A stretch of 64,000 nt of DNA from Geosiphon pyriformis uo1. Its lineage: Eukaryota > Fungi > Glomeromycota. The first letter of the stretch is position 1. The number at the start of each line of letters is the position of its first letter. Made by a program: the position numbers and the translations under genes. Positions 39,581 to 50,944 of this stretch are shown here, piece by piece. The DNA lies in the NCBI GenBank assembly GCA_016748015.1, contig JAAOMT010000543.1, forward strand, positions 310,001-374,000, written 5' to 3'. The notes under the pieces were generated by a model. The model made no database searches. It saw only the letters and a program-made list of their open reading frames with translations, and was not told the origin of the DNA.

Positions 39581-42500
39581 TTCAATAACACCATTCAAGC
39601 AGAAAATCTGTTCCATCCTGCCAATTATCTTATGGGCTCAGTAAAGAATGACTTGTAAGAAGCAGTATAAACATGTATTGAAAGTATTTTATTCATTCGT
39701 AAACCCAACATATTCGTAATTTTGGTACTGCTTCTAAATCTTTTTTGTGTCTGTTTGAGAGCACTCCTTAATGAAATTGTTTATGCTTTGCCATTGTCCA
39801 AAGCAATAGATTATTACCAGAGTCTGCTTATTAGAGAGAACTTTGAATAAGGTGTGCATTTGTTTTCATTCTTGTTTTATAATCTTGCTTTACACTTATT
39901 TGATATGTAATTTCCTTTTCCAGTGTTCTTTAACTAACTTCTGTTATTGGATTTCTATGCTTACACCACTTACTTGCCATTTTTGGTGCTTTTTTTGGTA
40001 GTATTACTTAAAAGTAGCATTAACAATCAGACTGGTAGTAATTTTGCTTGGTTTCGAAAGTCATTGAACATTGTTCAGATATGGTGTAATATTTGTATTA
40101 AAACTGTGCTCAGTTGAAAAAAACATGAAAACAGTTAATATTAATAAGCACTTTCTTTAGAGTTTTTGAAATTGTTGTAAAAGTATCAACAATTTTTGGA
40201 TTAGTCAATAAATAAAACTCTTTTTTTTGATAAGTAATAATTAATAACTGTTAAAAGCAAATTTATTTGTATAAAAAATAATTAATTAATTACTAGTTCT
40301 ATATTATCTTTTTTAATATTAGTTGCAAAAATATTAACAGTATTGGTAACAATAACAGCATTAGTGGTTTTGGTTTAAAGCCTTGTTTATAAAATGTAAA
40401 GGGCTTTTAATCTTTGCAAATATTTTTTTGATTTAAACCGTTTGACTATTATTTTTTGTTAAATTTTTTTAGTTTTTGGTAATTGTTATAATCTGAATTT
40501 TACAGTAATTTTTTGATCTTTCAGCCAATCTTTATTTGATTTAACTTTAATTGTAAAAGCTTTTACACAAAGATTTCAATATATTGATCAAGTTTTTAAC
40601 TTGTAATATATAGATTTTGGCTAGTGTTTTTATTTTTAAATGGTTTAAAGTCAGCATTCTCATGATTAGTGTGAACTTAATAATATTAACATTGTTTTTT
40701 TGCTTTAAAATTTAATTTAAAAGATTTTACCAAATTTTTCTTTTTTTAATAAATACACCGTTTATTTTTAAACAAATATTAGCTCTTAAATAAACTGAAG
40801 TTCATAAAAATTCATAAGCAATTCTATTTTATTCATATTAAAAAATGCTCAAATTTAGTTTTTTTTATACTTAATAATAGTTGGTAATCTAGTTTTATTG
40901 TTAACCAAAATATTTACTGTTTATAAAATATTTTACATATATTAATAATAGTAAAATCCAATACACAAAAGTTTTGGTATAAGATGAACAGCTTTTTGAT
41001 AAGAAAAAAATCAATAATAATTGTAATTACGTTAGCAAAAAATAATGCTAATAATATATAATATGAAAATATAAAATACTGGAAATTAATTAATTTTTAT
41101 ATATTATTAAACAAACAATTAAAAAAATTAACAATCTTTGCTATTATCATCTTATTTTTTGTAAATTTTATTTTTTTAAATACAATATATTGAATATTAT
41201 TAAAATATTTTGACTTTACAAATACCTTTATAATAAACAAAAAGCTTAAATAATTTTCATAAAAGATTTTTAATTTTTATCTTTTTTTCTTTTTCTGTGT
41301 TTTTAGTATTCTAATATATTATATTAATAGTAATATTCTGCAAACAGCTACAAAAATAATTGCAACTGTTTTGCATTATAAATACAGATTAATTATTAAT
41401 AATAATCAATTTAAATTTACTTATAAAATAAAATAAATAAATAAATAAATTTTTATTAATATTGTACAAACTCCATTTGTAAATATTATTATTTATTCAG
41501 CTGTAATAAATATATATATTTTTTAACAATGTTCAACAATAACTTGCTATATTAACAATTATTAAAAACTTTGGTTTTTTAAATTTTTTTCATACCATGT
41601 TTTTAATACAACTATAAAATAAGTTTTCAAAATAAAAAAACAAAAAAAACCTAATCTTAATTAAAATTAATTTTTATTTGAAATTATACTCTTAAAAGAA
41701 AAATTTTTTATAAAATTAAGTTATTTAATTTTTTGTTTTAAAACTAATTATTATTTATATTAATTAAACTGTGTTTTTTTAAAAAATTTGTCTTAAAGTA
41801 ACTGTAATAATATGGTAATTATTATTTATGTTTTTATTATTATCTTATTAGTCAAACCTATTTTAAAACTAAAATAGTAGCTAAAGTATTAATATTGAAA
41901 TAATGGTAAAATTTATTAAAATAATTATTATATATTTTTTCACTATTTTCTTTTATGTTTATATTGTATTAAGGTTTTTATTTCTTCTGAAATAGTTGAA
42001 CAAACCAAATGCATTTATGTTGTTAATATCTATTGTTTTGCTAAAATTTTCAAATAATCTTTTAATATTATCTTGAAATTACAAAACTCAATTATTATTT
42101 TTTTAATTGTTTTTCTTACAGCATTTTTTTTTGTAAAGAGAAAAAATAAAGTAAGCAAATTATTTGAAAATAAAAATAAAAATAATAGTAATAATAATAA
42201 TTTGCACTTATATTATTAATTATAGCAAAATTCTTAATGTATTATTATTAATTAATATATAATCAACATTTAAAAACTGTTTTTTAAAATCTTTAAACTA
42301 TAATTAAAGAAATTATATCTATTATAACAATTTATTTAACCAAAATTTCGGCCAGTTTAAATAAATATTATATATTTTATTGATAATATTGAATCTTAAT
42401 GTTTCAAAAATATAACTATATAATGTTATTTGTTTGTGTTTTGGAAAATGTTAATTGATTTTTTATGTATAAGCAAAAGTACTCTTTTTAAAACAATAGT

Positions 42501-43100
42501 ATTTTTCTCAAATATATATAATAGTAAAATTCATAAGGAAATTCATTTCTAAAATATTGCATAATTTGTTGTGTCAAATTAGATTTGCTTTTTACAATAA
42601 GTTTAAACACAATCAAACTTTGAAAATAGAGTTATTTTATTGTTTGGCAAAGGTTTTCTTTGGCAAAAAATTTGCTAAAAACTAATTCAAATGCCTTATT
42701 TTCTTTTAAAAGCCTATATATAAAAAAAACTTGGGCCATTTTTTTCATGAAAATTAAAAGCTCTTTATATTAAAACTGATCAAATTTGATTGAATATTGG
42801 GACATTTGATGCATTATTAAGATAAAGTGTTTTTAAATGTTTTATAAACAGAAGTTTAATATTGTTTAATGTGTATTTTTCCTTTCTAACTCAGTACAAT
42901 ACTAGGCTGAACCAAGATTAAAAAGGCCCTGATTATGATAACAAGAAATAGTTGATTGTTATTGAGATTCCATAAAATATGGGCTATGTTTTAAAACTCA
43001 GTTGTTCTTGCCAAGTTTGGTGCTATTGTAAAGATAATGTTCTAAATTGATAACACAGTGTCAAAGAGATAAAAATAAAGAAATCAATGAAGTTTTTATC
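39580..43100. mobile_element. CpG-depleted degenerate retroelement relic(s); possible LINE ORF1 remnant near 42950-43080 (+)
   Basis: No intact ORFs and almost no CpG. + strand fragments VIEIP*...VLAKFGAIVKI resemble the RRM-like 'EIP...FSKFGxIV' signature I recall from non-LTR ORF1 proteins; unverified. Confidence 0.35.
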
Positions 43101-46100
43101 TGGCTTTAGAATAGCATACAAATACAAATTAGTTAATGCATTAAAAAAATTTCGTCATCAAGGTTGCATAACAAATCTTTCTAATTATCCAAGTGATTAT
43201 CGTTAAGAAACTCTCCAAGTCTAATATTTTTAATATAAATCGAGCCATCGTCGAAGGAGCAAATTTTGGAAATTAAAAATGTTTAAATTGACATTTAAAG
43301 CTGAAAGCGAAATTTATGTCATTTTTTTGTCATCTGGCGTATCAAATTTTAAATTGGAAAGATACCCCTTTAACCCTACCTCATATTTTCTCATGTGTCA
43401 TAAGTTTTGGGACTCATACAATGATTTCATAAACAAAATAGACCTATTAAGAGTTGGGAACGTTTAAAAAAAGAGTTTGGCAAAAAAAGATTAGTCCGAT
43501 CAACAGAATCTCTTTATCTGCTATAATAAGAACACCAAAAAATAAATATTAAAAGTTAACAATTGAATCTGTCGATACAATACATTTTTGAATAGTTTAT
43601 ATTAACCATATAATATCAAAGATTATATAGTTAAAATATTTTTATTAAAGAAATTGAAATCTTTATTAAAGAAATCTTTTAAGAAGAGAATATTAAAAGA
43701 GCGTTCTCTTTCAACACATATATTAAAGATTCAAAAAGTCATGAACTATGTTTAATATAAAGTGAATTAATCAGATTTTTAGCAATCAGATATAATATTT
43801 CAGAAAATAAAATTAAGATTACTAAATGAAGAAGTTAATAAAAAAATTGGTTCGCAGAACCATCTATTATTATTAATTTTGAGATAGCAGAAAAATAATT
43901 AATCAGGTTTTAATATGAGAAACCTCAATCTGTACATTCTATCGAAGCGAGAAAAGATGAATTAAATAGTCTAAAGTGTTATAAAAAATTCTTGGGGAAA
44001 ATTTTTACTGAGGATGGAATAATTTTTCATAAGATTTTACTTGATATCAATCTATGTGTTAAAAAAAAAGAAAATTTTCAAGGATGTAGTTGAAGGGGTG
44101 AATTTTGAAATGAATTTTGGAAATATTCCCCCCTAACTGGAGCTGCCATTTGAACCGAATTCGATATATCAGAATCGTTTGATGGTGGTTCTATCAGAAT
44201 TTGACATCTTGAAGAGAACAATACTAGATTGGGAAAAGTGGTTCGATTATGTTTATCAATTTTCGCGTTATGTTTCATCCTGCCAATCTGCTTCCTTTGA
44301 ATCTTTAAAAGTGGGTATTGTTCTTGGTAAAGATTTCTTTCTTTGCATATACGGATTTGTGATTTATGGGCTGGAATTTTTTGCGTCATGGCGTATATTG
44401 AGGATTCAAGCTAAGTTTTTATAAAAAAAATGATAAATTATAAAAAGGTTTGAATTGGCAATACTTTTTGATTGCGCTATGAAGTCCACAAAAGCTTTTT
44501 GTTGCTTATCAAGGTGTGCTTTTTATACTTTCATCGGGTAGTAGATCTTCAAACTGATAACAGGAACGGAAATGTATATCAAAAACGAACAAATCCAAGT
44601 GTGGATTGATTGTAGTTTTATCGTATATCTGATATGTATGATAATATTGTTATTCATTTTAAGAAATCTAAATTTGATTTGATTAGAATTGAATTTTTCA
44701 TTTTTGAGTTTCCAAAACTAAGTGTAAGTGAATTAAAATATTGAATCACTCCAATAAAAAAACAACGTTTCTAAATCTGGGTAACACACTCACAAACCTT
44801 TCTCATTTGGCTTGTGCTGAAGAGCCTTGGTTCTTGGAATCTTAAAAATGAACATAAATACAATCTAGATAATATTTAAAAATATCAGGGCTCTGAAACA
44901 AAAATTTTATTAATAAATTCAAGAAATAAGTTTCATGATAGAAGGCATCTAAAAAAATCACTAAATTTAGAAAATACTTAAAAATCTAAATTCAGCTCAT
45001 ATCAATTCCCTTCGTTTATAAACAGCGAGTCTGTGCCAGGAATTTTCTAGTGTCCCAACAACAAAGTATAATTTTTTGAGTTTGATCGAAAGAGCTGAGA
45101 TTTTGATAGATGGAAATTACCTTTATGTGTGGGTCACGACCATTTTCCTAATGGCAAAATATTTGCTAAATACGATAATATTTTTTAGAAGAAACATAAT
45201 TTTTCTAATAAATATCAAAGAGAAAATTTTGCATCGGTGATAAATAACAAAAAAGAAAGCTTCCCCCTATAATTGTAATGACCGACCTACCAAATTTAGA
45301 ACTGAGTATCAGATATATCTCTTATCTCTCTAGCTTATGCGGTTGCAGCGAATCAATAGATTGTCAATTCACGATTCTGAAGGCTAGCTTTAACGAATAG
45401 ATGAGACTTTTATTTGAACAGGAGAAAAAATCTAGACTTTAAAATTTTTTCTATTTGTATGAATATAGGTCAAAAGAGTCTGTTTTACTCAATTTCGATA
45501 AAAAATCTCAATGATTGAAAAAAGGACTAAAACATGATTTATAACAATCAATAATATGACTATAATGATAAAAACTGACAGATTTGCTGCCTGATAAGAT
45601 TTCCTAAATCAAAAACAAATAACGTCCGGCAATGTACATGAAGATTCATTCATTGATATATATTTTATCGGATTTGGAAGTTCAAAATGTTTATTTGATT
45701 CTGTTTCTCTAGTTCAATTAACTTACAGAGTTAGATTCCATATTTTTAGTAAAAGGAAAACCACTTAAATTGTAAAGTTTCATGAAAATTCTCAATTTGA
45801 CAAGGGAATATAACAATTTTCAAAAATTAGAAAAAAATTATTTAAATCTTGTTAGTTCTTGAATTCACATTTCCTTTTTATTTTAAGAAATAAACGACAT
45901 AGGATCAAAGGTTAATTCGCCCAATTTAAAATTTGATTCACCAGATGGCGAAAAAAATTACATAAATTTCATTTTCAGCTAACTCAACTTTTAATCTCAT
46001 TTTATTCGTAAATGAAAAAGTCTTCTCTTTTTAAATCCCAAAAAGGGTTTTCACATATATTTAATATCTATAAAAGAAAAAAACAGGTAAATTGTTTTTA

Positions 46101-47236
46101 AACTTGTCAATTAAACATTTTTAATTTTCGAAGTTTGTTTCTTCGATGGTGGCTCAATTAATATTAGAAATATTAAACTCATAAAGTCAATTATCTATAA
46201 TTAATTGAATAATTAGTAAGATTTGTTGATTTAATTTTTTTTTGGCCAATTATCATCATGAAAAGAAGCAAAGAGCTTAATACATCAAGCTTTCATTAAC
46301 TAATTTTGATTTTTGTATGCCAATTCTAAAACAGATAAAAATTTAATTAATTTCTTTATTTTCATCTCTTTGATCAATCTAAAACATTATCTTTACAATG
46401 GCGGCAATCTTGGAGAGAAAGCAATGAGCGAAAAAATTTTCCTTTATGATAAACAAAATGAAAATCGTTATTTTTTAGGTAACGTTCCTTAATGGATTAA
46501 CCATCAGCCAAATAACTGAATGACTCTTTAGAAGGAAAAAAGTTTGAAAACTATGGTTTGAATTAATCTCAATGTAAATATTTTCCAAACTCAATTCATT
46601 ATGATTGTAAATTTTTTTGATGACTATTTGCTCACAAAAGTAGGTCAAATTTCATTCACGCAAAAGAATTTTTTAAAATTTATAAAACTGGTGATACATT
46701 CACAATTTGAGTATAGCTCTTTAAAACTTGTTCGAACGCCCATTTCATATTTCTAGTTAAATTGAAATGTGTTTTTCAAAAAACATCGCCATAATTCTTT
46801 TAAAAATTCCCTCAAATTGGAAATATTATACCTAGAATCAAAGACTGTTTTTTTCAAGTTAATTAAAAGTTGTCCAATTAATACATCATAATTTCAATGG
46901 CATTTTTTCGCCTGACTAATGATAAACTTTTTGGGCCTCAATTCATTGATCACTAAGTGAATTATACTTCTTTTACTTTTGGATTCAAAAACTTTTTCCG
47001 AATTTTTTAAAGAGAACTCTTATTCTGAAAAGACTTTGATAATACGGTCATAATAAACTTTTTAATAGAATTCATATTTCGAACACATAATCTAAAAGTT
47101 TTCCACAATATTTGATTTCCTTAATGAGGGATAAGTGATTCAAATACACAATTATGCAGCAGGTGAAAGGTGGCAGAAAACTTTTTTTATCAAAATGAAT
47201 AATTGCCTCATGTGTCGGCTATTGCACACAACGTCC

Positions 47237-47700
47237 CATGGCGGACTGCAATAAAACCAGACAAAGTAAAACATATGGAATAAAACAGTCAGGAAAATTA
47301 AAAAAAATAAAAACCTCCCATACCATATTCATGGAGTCACGGGAACCAATTCTAGTGTCACGACTGAAAGGAGTAGTTTGTTTGCAAGGTTGTACCTTGT
47401 GCGATTGACATCGTGTTGAAAATGAGGAAGTGGTTGGTGGTCAGACGAGAGGATGATGGAGGCTCTAGAAAGAGCAATTTTCACCGCTGCGTTTGCATCT
47501 CTTCCTCTTGTGGTATGATTGATCCTCCTTGCTGTGCACTGAGGATGGACCATTCGACGGCCCCAACGTTATGCCCAGCTCTGAGGAGGAAGCCAGCGAA
47601 AAGATAAAGATAATGCCTTTTCAATAATCAAGCCACAATTGTTTGATGTTCACTTTGTCTGGTTTTGTTCCAGTTTGCCCCATTAGAAACCAGGTTGGGT
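47237..47700. mobile_element. inverted-repeat-bounded ~0.45 kb non-autonomous element (module D), MITE-like
   Basis: Perfect 15-bp inverted repeat AAAACCAGACAAAGT (47253-47267) / ACTTTGTCTGGTTTT (47652-47666), extending imperfectly on both sides. The interior is homologous to 39271-39580. No TSD identified. Confidence 0.55.
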
Positions 47701-48060
47701 CAAAGATCAACATTTAATTTAGCTACTGTACATCCAAATATTAAAAGTTTCAATGGTTCATCAAAATTTGATTTAGAAATTGAAATGTAATCAAGGAGAG
47801 AATTTGATTAAGCAAGGAACAATTTATAATAGAGGTAATTGAGAAAGAAAAAATATGTGAATAAAATATTAATAGTGAATTTTACAAAAAATAATTAATT
47901 AAAACAAAAACCAACAAACGATATTTTATTCTGGATTTTTCAATTCTTTGTACAATAAAAAAAAACAACTAAAATTTTTTGAATAATCTTTAGAAATTTA
48001 CAACCTTTTTAAAGTAGAAATTTAAATAAGACGTCTTATTTCTAACTACTAATACTACAC
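47646..48060. repeat. dispersed repeat block, copy 2: C inverted (47646-47732), B direct (47731-47920), A inverted (47920-48060)
   Basis: For example, AATTTTTTGAATAATCTTTAGAAATTTACAACCTTTT is the near reverse complement of 38921-38957, and TTCATCAAAATTTGATTTAGAAA occurs directly at both 39061 and 47757. Confidence 0.85.
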
Positions 48061-48117
48061 ATATATACTATTGTCCAATTTTATTTCAATTTTCAAAAAT
48101 GAGCTTATTATTATTGA

Positions 48118-48846
48118 TCACTGATCAGGTATACGTCCCCACATGTCTAAAAACACTTGCCAACTTAAAAACTCGGCAGTACCGGGTGAACATCTTTTAC
48201 AAATCTGAGCCTCTAATTGATTTCGGATTGTTATTCGTTCATAATGACTTACTTTTCCACCGCGATCAATCCGATTTATAATATCTGCAGCCTCAGTAAT
48301 TAATTTTTCATTCGGGTACCCTTTATAGAATATTTCTACACTTTCCAAAGGTGGCAGTAAATGTGAAGTATTATTATGTATCATTTGTACGATGCTCTCT
48401 GTTTTACTTTTAGCTTCGTTATCGTTGAGAGTGTTTGTTGAGGAAGAACAGTTTGTGTACAAAGTAGTTTCAGTAGACAAATAATAATAATAATCTAAAG
48501 GGTCGTCAGGTTCTATTTTTGAATCCCAGAAATCAGCAGAATAAGGCAACGTGGCATTTCTTGATTCGTTTGTATTTTTGAGGTTAGGATGGATAAAATT
48601 TGTTGTTCTCTTTCGGATTGTTCTTAATGTATTACGAAAGGAATGAATGAATGATTTTGGTGGTTTTGAACAAAAGATATTTGGTTCCGGTGATTGTTTG
48701 AAACATTTTTTTAGAACGCATTTAGTTTCTTTATTTCTACTCGTGGTTCGAGAACACGATGAAAAACAATTGAAACAAGTTGGAGATTTTTTTTGAGGTT
48801 GATAATTTTTGTAATGATATGTGCAATTATAACTATAGTAATCCAT
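48118..48846 (-). CDS. hypothetical protein, 242 aa, with a conserved C-terminal ~80-aa domain (paralogue of 32753-33298)
   Basis: C-terminus LPPLESVEIFYKGYPNEKLITEAADIINRIDRG...CSPGTAEFLSWQVFLDMWGRIPD; intronless. Confidence 0.85.
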   Translation of the reverse strand: MDYYSYNCTYHYKNYQPQKKSPTCFNCFSSCSRTTSRNKETKCVLKKCFKQSPEPNIFCSKPPKSFIHSFRNTLRTIRKRTTNFIHPNLKNTNESRNATLPYSADFWDSKIEPDDPLDYYYYLSTETTLYTNCSSSTNTLNDNEAKSKTESIVQMIHNNTSHLLPPLESVEIFYKGYPNEKLITEAADIINRIDRGGKVSHYERITIRNQLEAQICKRCSPGTAEFLSWQVFLDMWGRIPDQ

Positions 48847-48925
48847 TTTACAAGAATAATAGTTTTTAAAAAGAAAAGAAATGGTTGGAATTTTGAATTT
48901 GGATGCTAAAGAAAATGAGTAAATG

Positions 48926-49006
48926 AATGAGTGAGTGAGTGGGTGAGTGAGTGAGTGAGTGAGTGAGTGGGTGAGTGAGTGAGTGAGTGAGTGTGTGAGT
49001 GAATGA
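48926..49006. repeat. (GAGT)n microsatellite in the 5' region of the 48846 gene
   Basis: Read directly. Confidence 0.9.
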
Positions 49007-50890
49007 ATTAATCGATGAATGATTTGAGCTATAAGAAACCGACCGGCGGTTAAAAATCAAGGTTCCAACTGGTATAGACAAGAAGGCAACCGATTTTTAC
49101 TACCATATGATGGTAATGGTTATTTATATGGAAAAATAAATTAATCACTAACCTTCTCCTTGTTCAAAAACAATTTTTAATATATATAATGAACATGGTG
49201 AAACTGGTCATTTTTCTTAAGGTCTTTGTGGTTATGATCATCGGATTTTTTTTTTTTTGAAATACTAACAAAGAGAGTTTAAAAGATATATATTTTTTGG
49301 TTACACCTTCGGATAGTCAAATATAATTTATAAAAATAATAACTAGAGTATCACTTTCTATAATATTAATAAGATAATTTCAGTAATGATGATGATAATG
49401 ATAATGATAATGATAAAACCAAAAGAGTTAATTATTTTCCGAATTTTTCTAGCCATTTGTCATATATACTGAGAGTAGATTGCAAAGGGTTTTCCATTCA
49501 CAGGACAATGGATATTCCACACACATATGCAGTATAAAAGTACAACATTTTGTAAACTATTCTTAATTCCTAAGCTGGTAACAGAGAATTTATCTCAACG
49601 ATTATTGGTGATAACTTAACCGCAGGTCTAAGCAGTGTAAAGATATAACATGTTCCACAATCAATTATTGGTACTTGATCAAATATTTTAGTCTCAACTT
49701 GGCATTTTCAGGTACAATACTAATTAATCGCGGGCCTACATTAAAATTCTGAAATTTTTTTAAAATATATTTGATAAGAATAGTAAAATCCGAGTTGCTA
49801 AATGAATTTTTGAAAAAACTATTTTTGGTTAAAGTCATGATCGAATGATTTGATTGTCCTTATCCTTTTATTTTTTTATTTTTTTGAAAAAAGAAAGAAG
49901 AAAATTTCAAATGTGTAAATCGGTTTCATAAAACTTTTTCGAAAAATTTAATTTATCAGTTGTTAATAATTTTTTATTATTTTATTTTACAAGATAAGGG
50001 TTAAATTTTACTTTCGGCAGTCCAATTCTCAGTATCGATCATCTTATTATTAAAAAGTGAACTGTAATGGAAAATTTGGAAAGAGGAACAATTAATTTAC
50101 TAAATGGGTTGAAAGGTTTTTTTTAAAAAAAAAAAAGAATAAATATTGTAACGTTTTTGACAATAAGTTTCAATTATGTTTGGATCTATAATTAGATTTC
50201 ATTCAATATATTTAGACTAGACCTCCCTTTATTGTATTTTACTTTAACATAATATTCATCAAGTCTAATAAATTTAAATTCGAATCAAATAAAAAATTAA
50301 TTTTCTATTGTTTTTTGATATATTTCGGTCATAATAAATAAAAATTTAAGGGATTAATATGAAAAACTACAAGTTTCGAATCTATTGAATTTTTTTTATT
50401 CATTCATTCATTCATTAATTCATTATTCTATTCCAAACTTCAACTCTATGAAAATAAAGTCATTCAGAAAAAGACCATTTGAAACATATTTCTTGGTATA
50501 GTCTTTGCCTTTGTTATTTTAGTTTGCAAATGAGATCTGACACAGAGCAAAAAGCTCCTTATTAAAGGTATGAATTATATATTTTACTTTTGCATGCATC
50601 TATATGCTCAAAAAAATAAAAAATTATAATATTTTCTATGAAAATTTGGAATTCTTTGAGTTCCCTAACTTACGTTATAGTCATTCTTAAATTTATTTAA
50701 TGTTGCACAAATTCATAATCGAAAAACCCTTATTTGTAATATTTCAAAATCAAATCGTAAAAAATCTCCTTTACCTTATTTGATATCAGTAATTTAGGAA
50801 TCTTGTTTTGTTTTGTTTGAAATCACAAGTAATAATAAATAAAATTTAATGACAATATGTTTCAATTTAATTTTTTATATTAATAGAAAG

Positions 50891-50892
<2 letters not shown>

Positions 50893-50943
<51 letters not shown>
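50893..50943. repeat. (TAT)n microsatellite
   Basis: Read directly. Confidence 0.9.

Positions 50944-50944
<1 letters not shown>

Noticed and set aside
39347-39616. ORF similar to 47329-47553 (ARRINHTT...RASIILSSDHQPL)
   Set aside because: The similarity follows from the DNA repeat. Starts and ends differ and there is no evidence of codon-level constraint, so it is not called as a gene.
40445-40490. possible G>A-eroded gag zinc knuckle on the minus strand (YNNYQKLKKFNKK*)
   Set aside because: The His and final Cys positions need transversions; could easily be chance in AT-rich DNA.
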